Shown one piece after another: positions 22,745 through 34,900 of a stretch of 64,000 nt of DNA. The notes beneath the pieces were generated by a model. The model did not search any database, was not told the DNA's origin, and saw nothing but the letters and a program-made list of their open reading frames with translations. Position 1 is the stretch's first letter, and every line of letters starts with the position of its first letter. Location: contig NIVC01002011.1 in assembly GCA_002269645.1 (NCBI GenBank), positions 1-64,000 on the forward strand, given 5' to 3'. A program made the translations under genes and the position numbers. The DNA is from Macrostomum lignano. Taxonomy: Eukaryota.

Positions 22745-24630
22745 CATGAAACTGGGTTCTGAATGCCATTAAACTGGGTTCTGAATGCCATTAAACTGAA
22801 ACCTGAAGAGTCTGAAACTGGGTTCTGAATGCCGTTAAACTGAAACCTGAAGAGTCTGAAACTGGGTTCTGAATGCCGTTAAACTGAAACCTGAATAGCA
22901 TGAAACTGGGTTCTGAATGCCGTTAAACTGAAACCTGAAGAGTCTGAAACTGGGTTCTGAATGCCGTTAAACTGAAACCTGAAGAGTCTGAAACTGGGTT
23001 CTGAATGCCGTTAAACTGAAACCTGAATAGCATGAAACTGGGTTCTGAATGCCGTTAAACCGAAACCTGAAGAGTCTGAAACTGGGTTCTGAATGCCGTT
23101 AAACTGAAACCTGAAGAGCATGAAACTGGGTTCTGAATGCCGTTAAAATGAAACCTGAAGAGTCTGAAACTGGGTTCTGAATGCCGTTAAACTGAAACCT
23201 GAAGAGTCTGAAACTGGGTTCTGAATGCCGTTAAACTGAAACCTGAATAGCATGAAAGTGGGTTCTGAATGCCGTTAAACTGAAACCTGAATAGCATGAA
23301 ACTGGGTTCTGAATGTCATTAAACTGAAACCTGAATAGCATGAAACTGGGTTCTGAATGTCATTAAACTGAAACCTGAAGAGTCTGAAACTGGGTTCTGA
23401 ATAGCATTAAACCCGAAGAGTCTGAAACTGGGTTCTGAATAGCATTAAACCCGAAGAGTCTGAAACTGGGTTCTGAATAGCATTAAACTGGGTTCTGAAT
23501 GCCGTTAAACTGAAACCCGAAGAGTCTGAAACTGGGTTCTGAATGCCGTTAAACTGAAACCCGAAGAGTCTGAAAGTGGGTTCTGAATGCCGTTAAACTG
23601 AAACCTGAATAGCATGAAACTGGGTTCTGAATGCCGTTAAACTGAAACCTGAATAGCATGAAACTGGGTTCTGAATGCCGTTAAACTGAAACCTGAAGAG
23701 TCTGAAACTGGGTTCTGAATGCCGTTAAACTGAAACCTGAATAGCATGAAACTGGGTTCTGAATGCCGTTAAACTGAAACCTGAATAGCATGAAACTGGG
23801 TTCTGAATGCCGTTAAACTGAAACCTGAAGAGTCTGAAACTGGGTTCTGAATGCCGTTAAACTGAAACCCGAAGAGTCTGAAACTGGGTTCTGAATGCCG
23901 TTAAACTGAAACCCGAAGAGTCTGAAACTGGGTTCTGAATGCCGTTAAACTGAAACCCGAAGAGTCTGAAAGTGGGTTCTGAATGCCGTTAAACTGAAAC
24001 CTGAATAGCATGAAACTGGGTTCTGAATGCCGTTAAACTGAAACCTGAATAGCATGAAACTGGGTTCTGAATGCCGTTAAACTGAAACCTGAAGAGTCTG
24101 AAACTGGGTTCTGAATGCCGTTAAACTGAAACCTGAATAGCATGAAACTGGGTTCTGAATGCCGTTAAACTGAAACCTGAATAGCATGAAACTGGGTTCT
24201 GAATGCCGTTAAACTGAAACCTGAAGAGTCTGAAACTGGGTTCTGAATGCCGTTAAACTGAAACCTGAAGAGTCTGAAACTGGGTTCTGAATGCCGTTAA
24301 ACTGAAACCTGAATAGCATGAAACTGGGTTCTGAATGCCGTTAAACTGAAACCTGAATAGCATGAAACTGGGTTCTGAATGCCGTTAAACTGAAACCTGA
24401 ATAGCATGAAACTGGGTTCTGAATGTCATGAAACTGGGTTCTGAATGTCATTAAACTGAAACCCGAAGAGTCTGAAACTGGGTTCTGAATGCCGTTAAAC
24501 TGAAACCTGAATAGCATGAAACTGGGTTCTGAATGTCATGAAACTGGGTTCTGAATGTCATTAAACTGAAACCCGAAGAGTCTGAAACTGGGTTCTGAAT
24601 GTCATGAAACTGGGTTCTGAATGCCGTTAA
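22745..24630. repeat. 44-bp minisatellite with two interleaved variants (...ctgaagagtc / ...ctgaatagca), about 42 copies
   Basis: Unit tgaaactgggttctgaatgccgttaaactgaaacctgaagagtc. Confidence 0.96.
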
Positions 24631-25193
24631 AATGAAATTAGTAGTAGGGTATGGTATCATAAACAAAAAAATATAAATCCAGGATCTAGAACTAGGATGA
24701 ATTAGCATCTAGGAGCTATCAAATGAAAGTTGGAGAGTTACTAATGTCCTCGTACATGTGTATAAGCCATATGACTTTTTTGTCCGGACGAAAGCAACTT
24801 TGATATTGTTATAAAAATGCAAAAATCTGAATCTGGAATTCTAATAGATTAAAAATGGTTTGATCTGCTAAATTTATGCGGATTTTAATGGAGAAAAAAG
24901 ACTAAAATGCAGGCTTAAAAACAGCACTTAGCACACAGCTTGATCTCCCATGTATTTCCTAAATGATTAATCAAACAAGGCTGATTGAAATGCATTTGAT
25001 CAGAGAGCTTAAAACGCAGAACAAAATATGATTTGAGACCGGGGGACCTGAACACATTTAGAATCCGTTAATAAAAATCAAGAAATGCCACTGAGACGGA
25101 AAGCAAGCAAAGTGTGTTGCTTGATTGTTGGGTGTTGCTTGACTTAGGCAAATATTTACCTCAAGGGCCAGAGGAGGGGAGAGGAGAGGAGAG

Positions 25194-25244
25194 GAGAGCT
25201 GAGAAGAGACACAAAACTATTGTTTGTGTCTCTTCTCAGCTCTC
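25194..25244. other. Perfect 22-bp inverted repeat with 7-nt loop
   Basis: GAGAGCTGAGAAGAGACACAAA-actattg-TTTGTGTCTCTTCTCAGCTCTC. Confidence 0.85.
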
Positions 25245-25269
25245 AGCTCTCTTTGAACACTAAAGTTTC

Positions 25270-25325
25270 AAAGGACCCGAGGGCCGGATAGAGAGGCTTC
25301 CCGGGGCGGAGTTTGCCGACCCCTG
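25270..25325. mobile_element. Solo terminus of an hAT-type non-autonomous DNA transposon
   Basis: ...gggccggatagagaggc...AGTTTGCCGACCCCTG; the reverse complement CAGGGGTCGGCAAACT resembles Tip100/MER45-type hAT TIRs. Partner end not seen. Confidence 0.5.
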
Positions 25326-25799
25326 CTCTATGGTGAAGCCCCATTCAAATAATATCTCCCTAAATCGGTTCAGCAGCCTAGTCCATTATTAATGCATTTT
25401 TAAACTCTATTCTCGGGAAACTTGTGCCATTCAAAAGTCTATTACGGGACCGGAAATCCTGTCAAAACCAGCAAAATTTGCAACGATTTGCGAGCGGCCT
25501 TCTGTTTTGGCTGTCAAACGGTGAGCTCTGCTCTAAACACGGAAGATAAACACCGTAAGATCTTCCGATCAAATACAGTCTGCAGAATCCAGAAATTATA
25601 ACTAAGGCGCCTTCGATCCGGCTCCGTCTTGGTCGTGACTGTACTCAAAAAGTTCACTATGTCCTTTTCCCGACTTGGCAGTACTAACTCGAGCTGCATG
25701 CATTATCGAGATGGAGATTCAAACAATAAATGCACCAGAATGGCACCAAAATTGACTGTCAATGCCTCTTGATTTGTGCGCCTTTTCGTGCTACAGATA

Positions 25800-26155
25800 C
25801 TGAAAGTGAAAGAGGAATGGGAATAGAGGGAAGCAGTTGTAGGAGCAGGGATTAGAATCAGTAGAGAGAGTAGAGAGACAGAGTAGAGTGCAAAGGGAGA
25901 GTAGAGCGGGAAGGAAAAGTAGAGTACAGACGGAGAGTAGTGAGTAGGGAGAGTAGAGCGGGGAGGAAGAGTAGAGAGGGTGAGTAGTAGGTAGGGAGAG
26001 TGGAGCGGGGAGAGAGAATAGAGAGGGAGTAGAGTAGAGGGAGAGTAGTGTAGAGTTGAGTAGAGAGGGAGAGTAGAGTAGAGTTGAGTAGAGAGGAAGA
26101 GTAGAGTAGAGAGGGAGTAGAGTAGAGTAGGGAGGGAGAGTAGAGTAGAGCAGAG
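25800..26155. repeat. AG-rich low-complexity tract (agagt/gagag)
   Basis: Purine-biased simple repeats. Confidence 0.85.
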
Positions 26156-27144
26156 AATACACCAGACGGTTAGATCAAGTAGAAGACTGGTGGAATACAA
26201 TGCAACAGCAAAGGGGGGACTGCACTATATGAGAATAAGAGCAGAGTACTTGAAAATCGAGCAATCCAGCTAAAACGGCTACAGTATCGAGAGGTGTAAG
26301 TGAGTAGCCCGAAGTCAAATGGTCCAAACTACGGCTTCCGCAGCTTGCTAACTCTAAAGTGCATAGAGCCGCACTAAACCCCAGCCGAATGCACTGCCCC
26401 CGTACATAGGAATCAAGTGCAACTAAAAATAAGTACTTATTAGCCTTATACAATTGTGTTAAATTAATAAATAAAATTGAAATTTATTCATTTTGAAGCA
26501 ATTTGATAGGACAATTATTGAGAAAGCGCGTTTAGCTGTGACTCCTCCTTCGAGCGAGAGCTGTTCAGTTGCATCTGTGTATTTAATTACTGAATAGAGG
26601 ATTTCAACAGAGGAGTACAAATAATCTGATCAGAGGGTCCGGGAGACCGAATTGAAAAATGCACAGGCTTGACATGTGGAAGGGGGGACACCAATATTTA
26701 TTATTATTATGCTTACTATATTTATAATACGGTAGTATAGGAATAACGTAAATAAACAAATTTGACTAGCAGAAACGAATGTCAAATGTCTGCAATGCGG
26801 ATAATAAGAAATCAATGGATCAAGCAAAACAATAATTAGGCTCCAACATTTTAAATAATAATAAACTCGAAATACGATATAGAATATATTCTATATCGAC
26901 ACAATACATGGAGACAAGCATTTTGCTTACGTCTTTGATCAGATTAACTTGCACCTTCTATACCACAGTTTATTAAAGACGCAGCTTGGCTCGATAGCAG
27001 TACAGGAGATTGCAGCTTGTTTCAATGAGTAAAATTTAAACTACTCTGATTGCAATGAACTTTGAAAGCCTCCGTGATGCATAACGGTATTAGTGGCGGA
27101 TCCATGGGGATTAAGACGTGGTTCAATTTATTGATAAGCTGCCC

Positions 27145-27758
27145 TACCAGCCCCACCTCTGCCAGGTGATTCTGTGCCAGCTGCCCTACCAGCCCGCCAC
27201 CTCTGCCAGGTGATTCTGTGCCAGCTGCCCCACCTCCGCCAGGTGATTCTGTGCCAGTTGCCTCACCTCTGCCAGGTGATTCTGTGCCAGCTGCCCTACC
27301 AGCCCGCCACCTCTGCCAGGTGATTCTGTGCCAGCTGCCCCACCTCTGCCAGGTGATTCTGTGCCAGCTGCCCCACCTCTGCCAGGTGATTCTGTGCCAG
27401 CTGCCCCACCTCTGCCAGGTGATTCTGTGCCAGCTGCCCCACCTCTGCCAGGTGATTCTGTGCCAGTTGCCCCACCTCTGCCAGGTGATTCTGTGCCAGT
27501 TGCCCCACCTCTGCCAGGTGATTCTGTGCCAGCTGCCCCACCTCTGCCAGGTGATTCTGTGCCAGTTGCCCCACCTCTGCCAGGTGATTCTGTGCCAGTT
27601 GCCCCACCTCTGCCAGGTGATTCTGTGCCAGTTGCCCCACCTCCGCCAGGCGATTCTGTGCCAGTTGCCCCACCTCTGCCAGGTGATTCTGTGCCAGCTG
27701 CCCCACCTCCGCCAGGTGATTCTGTGCCAGTTGCCCCACCTCCGCCAGGTGATTCTGT
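27145..27758. repeat. 33-bp minisatellite (cctctgccaggtgattctgtgccagctgcccca)
   Basis: Tandem units; source of the spurious ORFs at 27022-27868. Confidence 0.95.
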
Positions 27759-28649
27759 GGCACACAGATCCGCCACTACAAAAAGCCTACTGCAACAGCA
27801 GAAACAGTCAAACACACACAGAAACTGACAATCAAATTACGTACAAACACAAATACGCCGAATATTGAACTTTCACGGCTTTCACAGCGAGCCACTAAAA
27901 TCTGTCTGTAGTGACGATAAACACAAAAGTACAAAATAGGACAAAAACTATTTTAGACTGAATTAGCAATGAACAAACTCTAGTCCAGTAGGGTGGTGTC
28001 TACTGTCAGATGAAGATTTGTTGGTCAGTCAGCCAAATTGAAATCAGAGATTTACAGAAGAGAGGGAGGGGGCGAGATCGGGTCCCGCTTAGTGAGAGGG
28101 CAATCCGATCAATATAATTTGGGAACGGAGACTTGTTTGCCCAATCAATAGAAGTTGGTATAAAGCGACAAGACACAGAATTGATGTAGATAGAGATATA
28201 TAGAGCCTATTGAAATGCCAAATAGGCTACTCTGGTTCGAATAAAAGCCGAACTCCCTCGCAGTGCGCACATTTTTCTACAGTTTCAGATCTGACGACCG
28301 ATGCCTCGACAGCCTAAGTTGGCGGCAGGCACGCGATGAGGCAGACGGGGACACTAATTATGATTTATGGCTTATTTTACCTAGCTTTAAATGTAGCAGT
28401 TAATATGCGCGCTATCATGGGTACTCGGTGTACATTATTTACTTAAACGCAGGTACATGTAATAATTTGAGTATGCGAGCTCTAGCTAAAAGGCTTATCA
28501 TGTGAAATATCCGCGATATATAGCGGCTGAGCGTGATTCTGTCCATTTTATAGACAGATTCATTTAACTCGTGGCGAGCAAATCCGTTAGTAAAGTCTAA
28601 GCAAATTCACGGGAAGTCCATGTACAAGACTAATGGCAAATTCACATAT

Positions 28650-28950
28650 TCACCAACAGTAATGGGAGATTCACTGGAAAACATATAAATTCACGGGAAA
28701 CCCAAATAGATTCACGGGAAACCTATATAGATTCACGGGAAATCCTTACACTAGATTCACGTGAAATCTATATAGATTCACGGAAAATCCATATAGATTC
28801 ACGGGAAATCCATATAGATTCACGGGAAATCCATACAGATTCACGGGAACTCCACATAAATTCACAGGAAATACATACACAATATTCACGGGAATCCATA
28901 TAGATTCACGGGAACTCCACAAAAATTCACGGGAATCCATGTATACATAC
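28650..28950. repeat. Degenerate 21-bp minisatellite (atagattcacgggaaatccat)
   Basis: Visible tandem units. Confidence 0.85.
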
Positions 28951-28997
28951 GGGAAATCGGCTAGATTCATAATAATGTCATTATTTGTGTCAATGTG

Positions 28998-31900
28998 TCA
29001 GCGCAACGCGGCCGCAGTCTCGCGCAGTCGGCCAGGCGCCGGGATCAGCCTGTACCGATCGCAGTCACCGAAACGAACCAGCGCCGGCACCAGGGTGGCG
29101 GCTGACAACGGCTTAGCAACCAGAGCCAGCGCTGGCTCGCCGCAGCCGCCGCCGCCGCAGGGCACAGTCTCCCGCACCAGCCGCAGCTCCATAGCCGCCC
29201 TATACAGCAGCAGCCGCTCTGGCCGCTGCAGGCCGCAGAACACAAGCGGACTGGCCACCGCCGCGTGTCCGGCGTAGGCGGCTAAAAACCGGCCAAACAC
29301 GGTGGCCAGATCGGCCGAGGCTGGCAGGCCCAGGTGTCCGGCGGCGGACCGGGCGCTGACAAACATTGGCCGATCGCAGGGCGGCGGCCGGTCAAAGTTC
29401 ACTGGCTGTTCGGCCAGGGCCAGAAATTGGTCAGGATTCGAACGCCAGACCTCATCGGTGCGGGTCACCTGCGCCAGTGAGTTGTTGGAGTGCAGAGCTA
29501 ACTAGGCCGGCACTGACTAAGCCTTCAAACTCTACCTGTCAATCAAGTCTGAATTAAGTGAAATCATTCTGGAGCTAAACAGCAGTCAGGTCCCGCTTTC
29601 TACGCATACTCTTGAGCAGCAGCAAAGTCCCGATGACTCAGCTCAATTGAGCAGCAGCAAAGTCCGATGACTCAGCTCAATTGAGCAGCAGCAAAGTCCC
29701 GATCACTCAGCTCAATTGAGCAGCAGCAAAGTCCGATGACTCAGCTCAATTGAGCAGCAGCAAAGTCCCGATCACTCAGCTCAATTGAGCAGCAGCAAAG
29801 TCCCGATCACTCAGCTCAATTGAGCAGCAGCAAAGTCCCGATCACTCAGCCAAATCGAGCAGCAAAGTCCCGATCACTCAGCCAAATCGAGCAGCAAAGT
29901 CCCGATCACTCAGCCAAATCGAGCAGCAAAGTCCCGATCACTCAGCTCAATCGAGCAGCAAAGTCCCGATCACTCAGCCCAATCGAGCAGCAAAGTCCCG
30001 ATCACTCAGCTCAATCGAGCAGCAAAGTCCCGATCACTCAGCCCAATCGAGCAGCAAAGTCCCGAATTCAAAAAGCTTACCAATACCAGAGGGTACTTGG
30101 CTTGAACATCTTGAAGCATCTGTTCGGCCGCGGCACTTTTTGCGTCGGGCCGACTGTTTCGAGTCACAGCAATAGTATAGTCGCCTAGAGACAATGTGCA
30201 CCTGGAAATGGGAAAGTGCAAGGCCAGTCCTAAAGCCTAAGTCTATTGCTACCTGACTTTTAATTTTGTCTGCAGAACCCACGTTGCAGCTAAAAAATGA
30301 ATTTCCCGACTTTCCGGTCAGATGAAGAGCAGAATTAATTAATTTTATTCGATCATATTTTCTCTTTTGACGGCAAAGCGACGCGATGAATAAAAAATAA
30401 TTTTATTTACAATCGAATGAGCAACAGAGCGAATTGGATTCAAAGCTCATTGATAAGCTTCATGTGTGTCTTACACAATAGCTCAGTAATTGAGAACCGG
30501 CTCAGGAGACCGCTCTCTCTCTCTCCTTCTGTTTGAGCTGACGCAGGAAATTAGTTGAAGGTAAACTGGCCTGAAGCACTACACCTGCTGTCTGAGGCTC
30601 AGAATTCAACAAAAACTGTTATTTTCGTTCAAAAAGTAATTATAGACTAGAGCTATAGACCCGTGTGTTTAATCAAGACTAAGGGGCCATTCTTAGGCGA
30701 TTTTGTGTTTAACCAAATGGGCGATTTTGTGTTTAACCGAATGGGCGATTTTGTGTTTAACCAAATGGGCGACTTTGTGTTAATCAGATAGGCGATTGTG
30801 TTAAGCCAGATGCACAAAAATTAGCACAGCCTCACTTGTGCCTGTCCGAGTCCTCCTTTTTCTGCTCGAGCATATTGAACTCCACCCTGGAGAAGTAGGC
30901 ACTCTGCTCCAGCACTGTGAATGCCAGCTTTCGCTTCTCCTGGCCAGGCGGATTGGCCTCCTCAATCAGGTGGAAGCCGGAGAGCTCGATGCCGTCAATC
31001 ATGTCTGCGGGGGGGGGCGTGTGCATGCGCTGGCTTTGAAGATAGTTTGTGGCAACAATCTTGACCTGGGAGACTGGGCCGCTGTCAATGGCAACGCACG
31101 CACGCTAGTAGAAGATTCACGGAGAGAATGTTTTTTGGACATCACGCGTTCACAAGTGAATAGAGTACAGTATTTAGTGCAGTAATATGAGTAATATGTA
31201 CTTAGTTTATACTGAAGGCTCAGTTATTGTTCCTATGCAGTTTACGGTACAAAACAATTGGAGAGAACTGGCAACGGTATTTTAAAGTACAAAACAATTT
31301 GTTAGATTGTGAGAGATAAGTGGTGCAAGAATACATTAGAAATAACTATACATAGTGAGTTGGATTCGGATTTCTGGCTGGAAACGTTTACTCGGTCCGC
31401 TTCACTGTGTCCAGCTGCTGACACAGCCACTGCTGACAGCCACTGCTGACACAGCCACTGCTGACAGCCACTGCTGACACAGCCACTGCTGACAGCCACT
31501 GCTGACACAGCCACTGCTGACAGCCACTGCTGACACAGCCACTGCTGACACAGCCACTGCTGACAGCCACTGCTGACAGCCACTACTGACACAGCCACTG
31601 CTGACACTGCTGACACAGCCACTGCTGACACAGCCACTGCTGACAGCCACTGCTGACAGCCACTGCTGACACAGCCACTGCTGACACAGCCACTGCTGAC
31701 AGCCACTGCTGACAGCCACTGCTGACACAGCCACTGCTGGCACAGCCACTGCTGACACAGCCACTGCTGACAGGACCAAGTATTACTGTGACAAATTTCT
31801 GCACAAAGACTAAATAGAAAAACTGGTAAAAGGGATCAAAAGAAATGATTTGACCACTGAGTTTGAGTTTTTAGACTTGAAATAATTAGTTAATCATAGA

Positions 31901-34900
31901 CATGGAGTAGATGACTGGTACCTGTTGTGAAACTAATTCAAATAGTAAGAACTCCATTTTCTAGGAAAGCTTTATCAAGGACTTGATAAATATCGTTAAA
32001 GGCTTAGGAGCTATTGGACGCATTAGTATATATCCAGCATACTAAAACTATTTGGTTTGGTTTGTTTAGGTGAAACAGCCGGCATACCTTTTCAAAAACT
32101 GCACTTTAAATTGAAAATGAACTGCACAAAGAATAGCCTTTAGTTTTTTGTTACTTGAAAATTCCAATTATATTTCCGGTTTCCCTTGGAGCTGCCAGCT
32201 TCTCTTTGGGTTGCCAGTTTCTTTTTAGGTTGTCAGTTTCACTTTGGGTTATCAGTCTCTCTTTGGGTTGTCAGCTTCTCTTTGGGTTGTCAGTTTCTCT
32301 TTGGGTTGTCAGTCTCTCTTTGGGTTGTCAGTCTCTCTTTGGGTTGTCAGTCTCTCTTTGGGTTGCCAGCTTCTCTTTGGGTTGTCAGTTTCTTTTTAGG
32401 TTGTCATTTTCTCTTTGGGTTGTCAGTTTCTTTTTAGGTTGCCATTTTCTCTTTGGGTTGTCAGTCTCTCTTTGGGTTGTCAGTTTCTTTTTAGGTTGCC
32501 ATTTTCTCTTTGGGTTGTCAGTCTCTCTTTGGGTTGTCAGTTTCTTTTTAGGTTGTCAGTCTCTCTTTGGGTTGTCAGTTTCTCTTTGGGTTGTCAGTTT
32601 CTCTTTGGGTTGTCAGTCTCTATTTGGGTTGCCAGCTTCTCTGTGGGTTGTCAGGTTCTCTTTCGGTTGTCAACTTCTCTCTGTCTCTTTGGGTTGTCAG
32701 TTTTGCTTGGGGTTGCCATTTTCCTTGGGGTTGCCATTTTTCCGTGGGGTTGCCAGTTTCCTTCAAAACGGTCATAACCTTTCACTGAGATGCAAATTTA
32801 AGCTAGAGAAAAACCAGGTGAGAGCTAAAAAAATTCACCTGTTCACACAGTCACTGTTCCATAGCATGAAACTAACGTTAAAAAAGTGGTCAAATCTAAC
32901 GCGGAAATTACTGCAAATCAACGATCAGCAAGAGTTAGAGAAGAAAAATCAAAGCGTTAAAAAAACAATCAACTAAGCCACCAGTCGCTCAGCATTCTAC
33001 TTATAGTATTATATATATGAAAAGAAACTGTGCCCAATTTTTGTGAGCATTGTGCGCTCAAAAGAAAAAAACTGGTTCATAGGAGAGCAGAAAGGAATTT
33101 GGATAGAAAAAGCGGATAATGGCTTCAATATAAAACATCTCAGGGGGGTTGATGCAGAATCTGGCAAACTTTCTCAAACTGTGTAAGCAAGAAAACACGC
33201 AGCGGTAGTTAAGATTCCAGTCGGCTATTGTAAGGAAAAAACTAATGCAAAAAATGAACTCTGGTTATGAATGATGCATTGAGAGAGAGGCCACTGATTG
33301 CTGAAGCCTGACTGAACATATGGTAATCCGTTCCTGCCGGTGGGATCAGCAGGACTTGGCCTTAGACTATTAAACTGTAAGCTGCATATTAGCTAGACTG
33401 ATAACGTATTGATTACCTAATCTGCGCCAATATACCTTTGCCAAAGCAATAGAGCCCTGGTCTATGGTAGCAAGACTGGCACAGCGGCTCTAAAGTTTTA
33501 CCCCTAGATTTCCATTTAGACATGATAGTCTCAAGCAGTGAGGACGAGAGCAATGCTTCATTTGCAGCTGCAGGAGACGGTCGAACGAACGCCAATACCC
33601 ACTTAGAAAATTCGAAGCCTATTGCTAATTAAATTTCTAGTTCAACTGAATATTCAAGGTTAGACTTGGAATGAGAGAAAAATCGTATCCTAGTTAAACT
33701 GACTGTTTAAATTAGTGCATTTTAACAAAGCTAAACTTATATTGTTTATTTCTGCTATTTCTAGGGCTATTTATAACCAAAATAAATAATCATCCAACTA
33801 AATCTTGCCAAAATGCTATTCACTAATATTGAAAAAATAATTGTGCGCTACTAACCGCAGTAGATAATTTCGGGTATAAACTCTTAAATTTGCGCGACGC
33901 TATTTAAATTAAACAACTTTTCCGTCTTGCTAGTCTTCCCATTTACCTGATTGGCGGTACAGTGAAATTTGCTCAAATAAATTGCATTACACAGCTGTAA
34001 CACGTGTTTGGGTTTAATTAAATACTTATGTACCACCATTGCTACCATACACAAAGCTCCATTACTCTGACAAACATATATTGGATTGTATCCAATGCGT
34101 GTAGGCCCAAATGGGCTGCAAAAATGCTACATTAGTCAAGGACAGCTCTGCTGACCATCCGGCAGCTTTGAAGTTAACAGTATAGGAAATTTCCCAAGCT
34201 ATTATTTCAGACAAGGTGTCACTGCGCATGCCCTGTGCCCAAAATTTACACGGTCAGTACATTAAACTGTGTGTCAACAGAATCTAACGCACGTACTTAT
34301 ATATAATACACATTAAAAATAAGCGAGTAAGCCAAATGTCGATGGATCCGTTCCGCTGAACTGTTATAAAAGTTACAGATAGATTATTATTAACGCTATT
34401 GATACAATACACCTACCTGCTGGGAGGCGCAGCTTTGGTAACAAAGGTGCGACCTTGAGTAGGGGGAAAAAGGGCAAATTCAAGCAAGTCGCCACCCTTT
34501 GAAGGGTGCGTGCGACACGGCTGCTCCGCTCGTCTCTCCTGCATCTCGCCCTTGAAGTGAAATTACCGGGCCTAGCCGATTCAAGGAGAGACTCAGAGAG
34601 GGGAGAGGGGGGCCAAGTACTCAAAAACGCCTGGCGCAGCGCATTGCGCTCGGCGGAATTGCACAAGTTGCGGAGCGCAACGCAACTCAGAAACCAATTT
34701 GAGACTTGGGACAGATGGGATAACAATCAGACTAAGCTAGCTTGTTGCCGACAGGCTTGGCGGACGGGGGATTAGCGAGAGGGGCGGGGGTTTTGGCACA
34801 CGGGTACAATTTGAGCACACCTGCAGGCTGCCTGCGAAGCGAAGTGTTGGGGTGAGTTCTGTACAGGCTTGAGCGTGCTCTCCGCCGTCTCTTATTGAGA

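Noticed and set aside
27060-27140. LINKLNHVLIP resembling the fasciclin H2 motif
   Set aside because: Too short, and no H1 motif or rest of the domain was found
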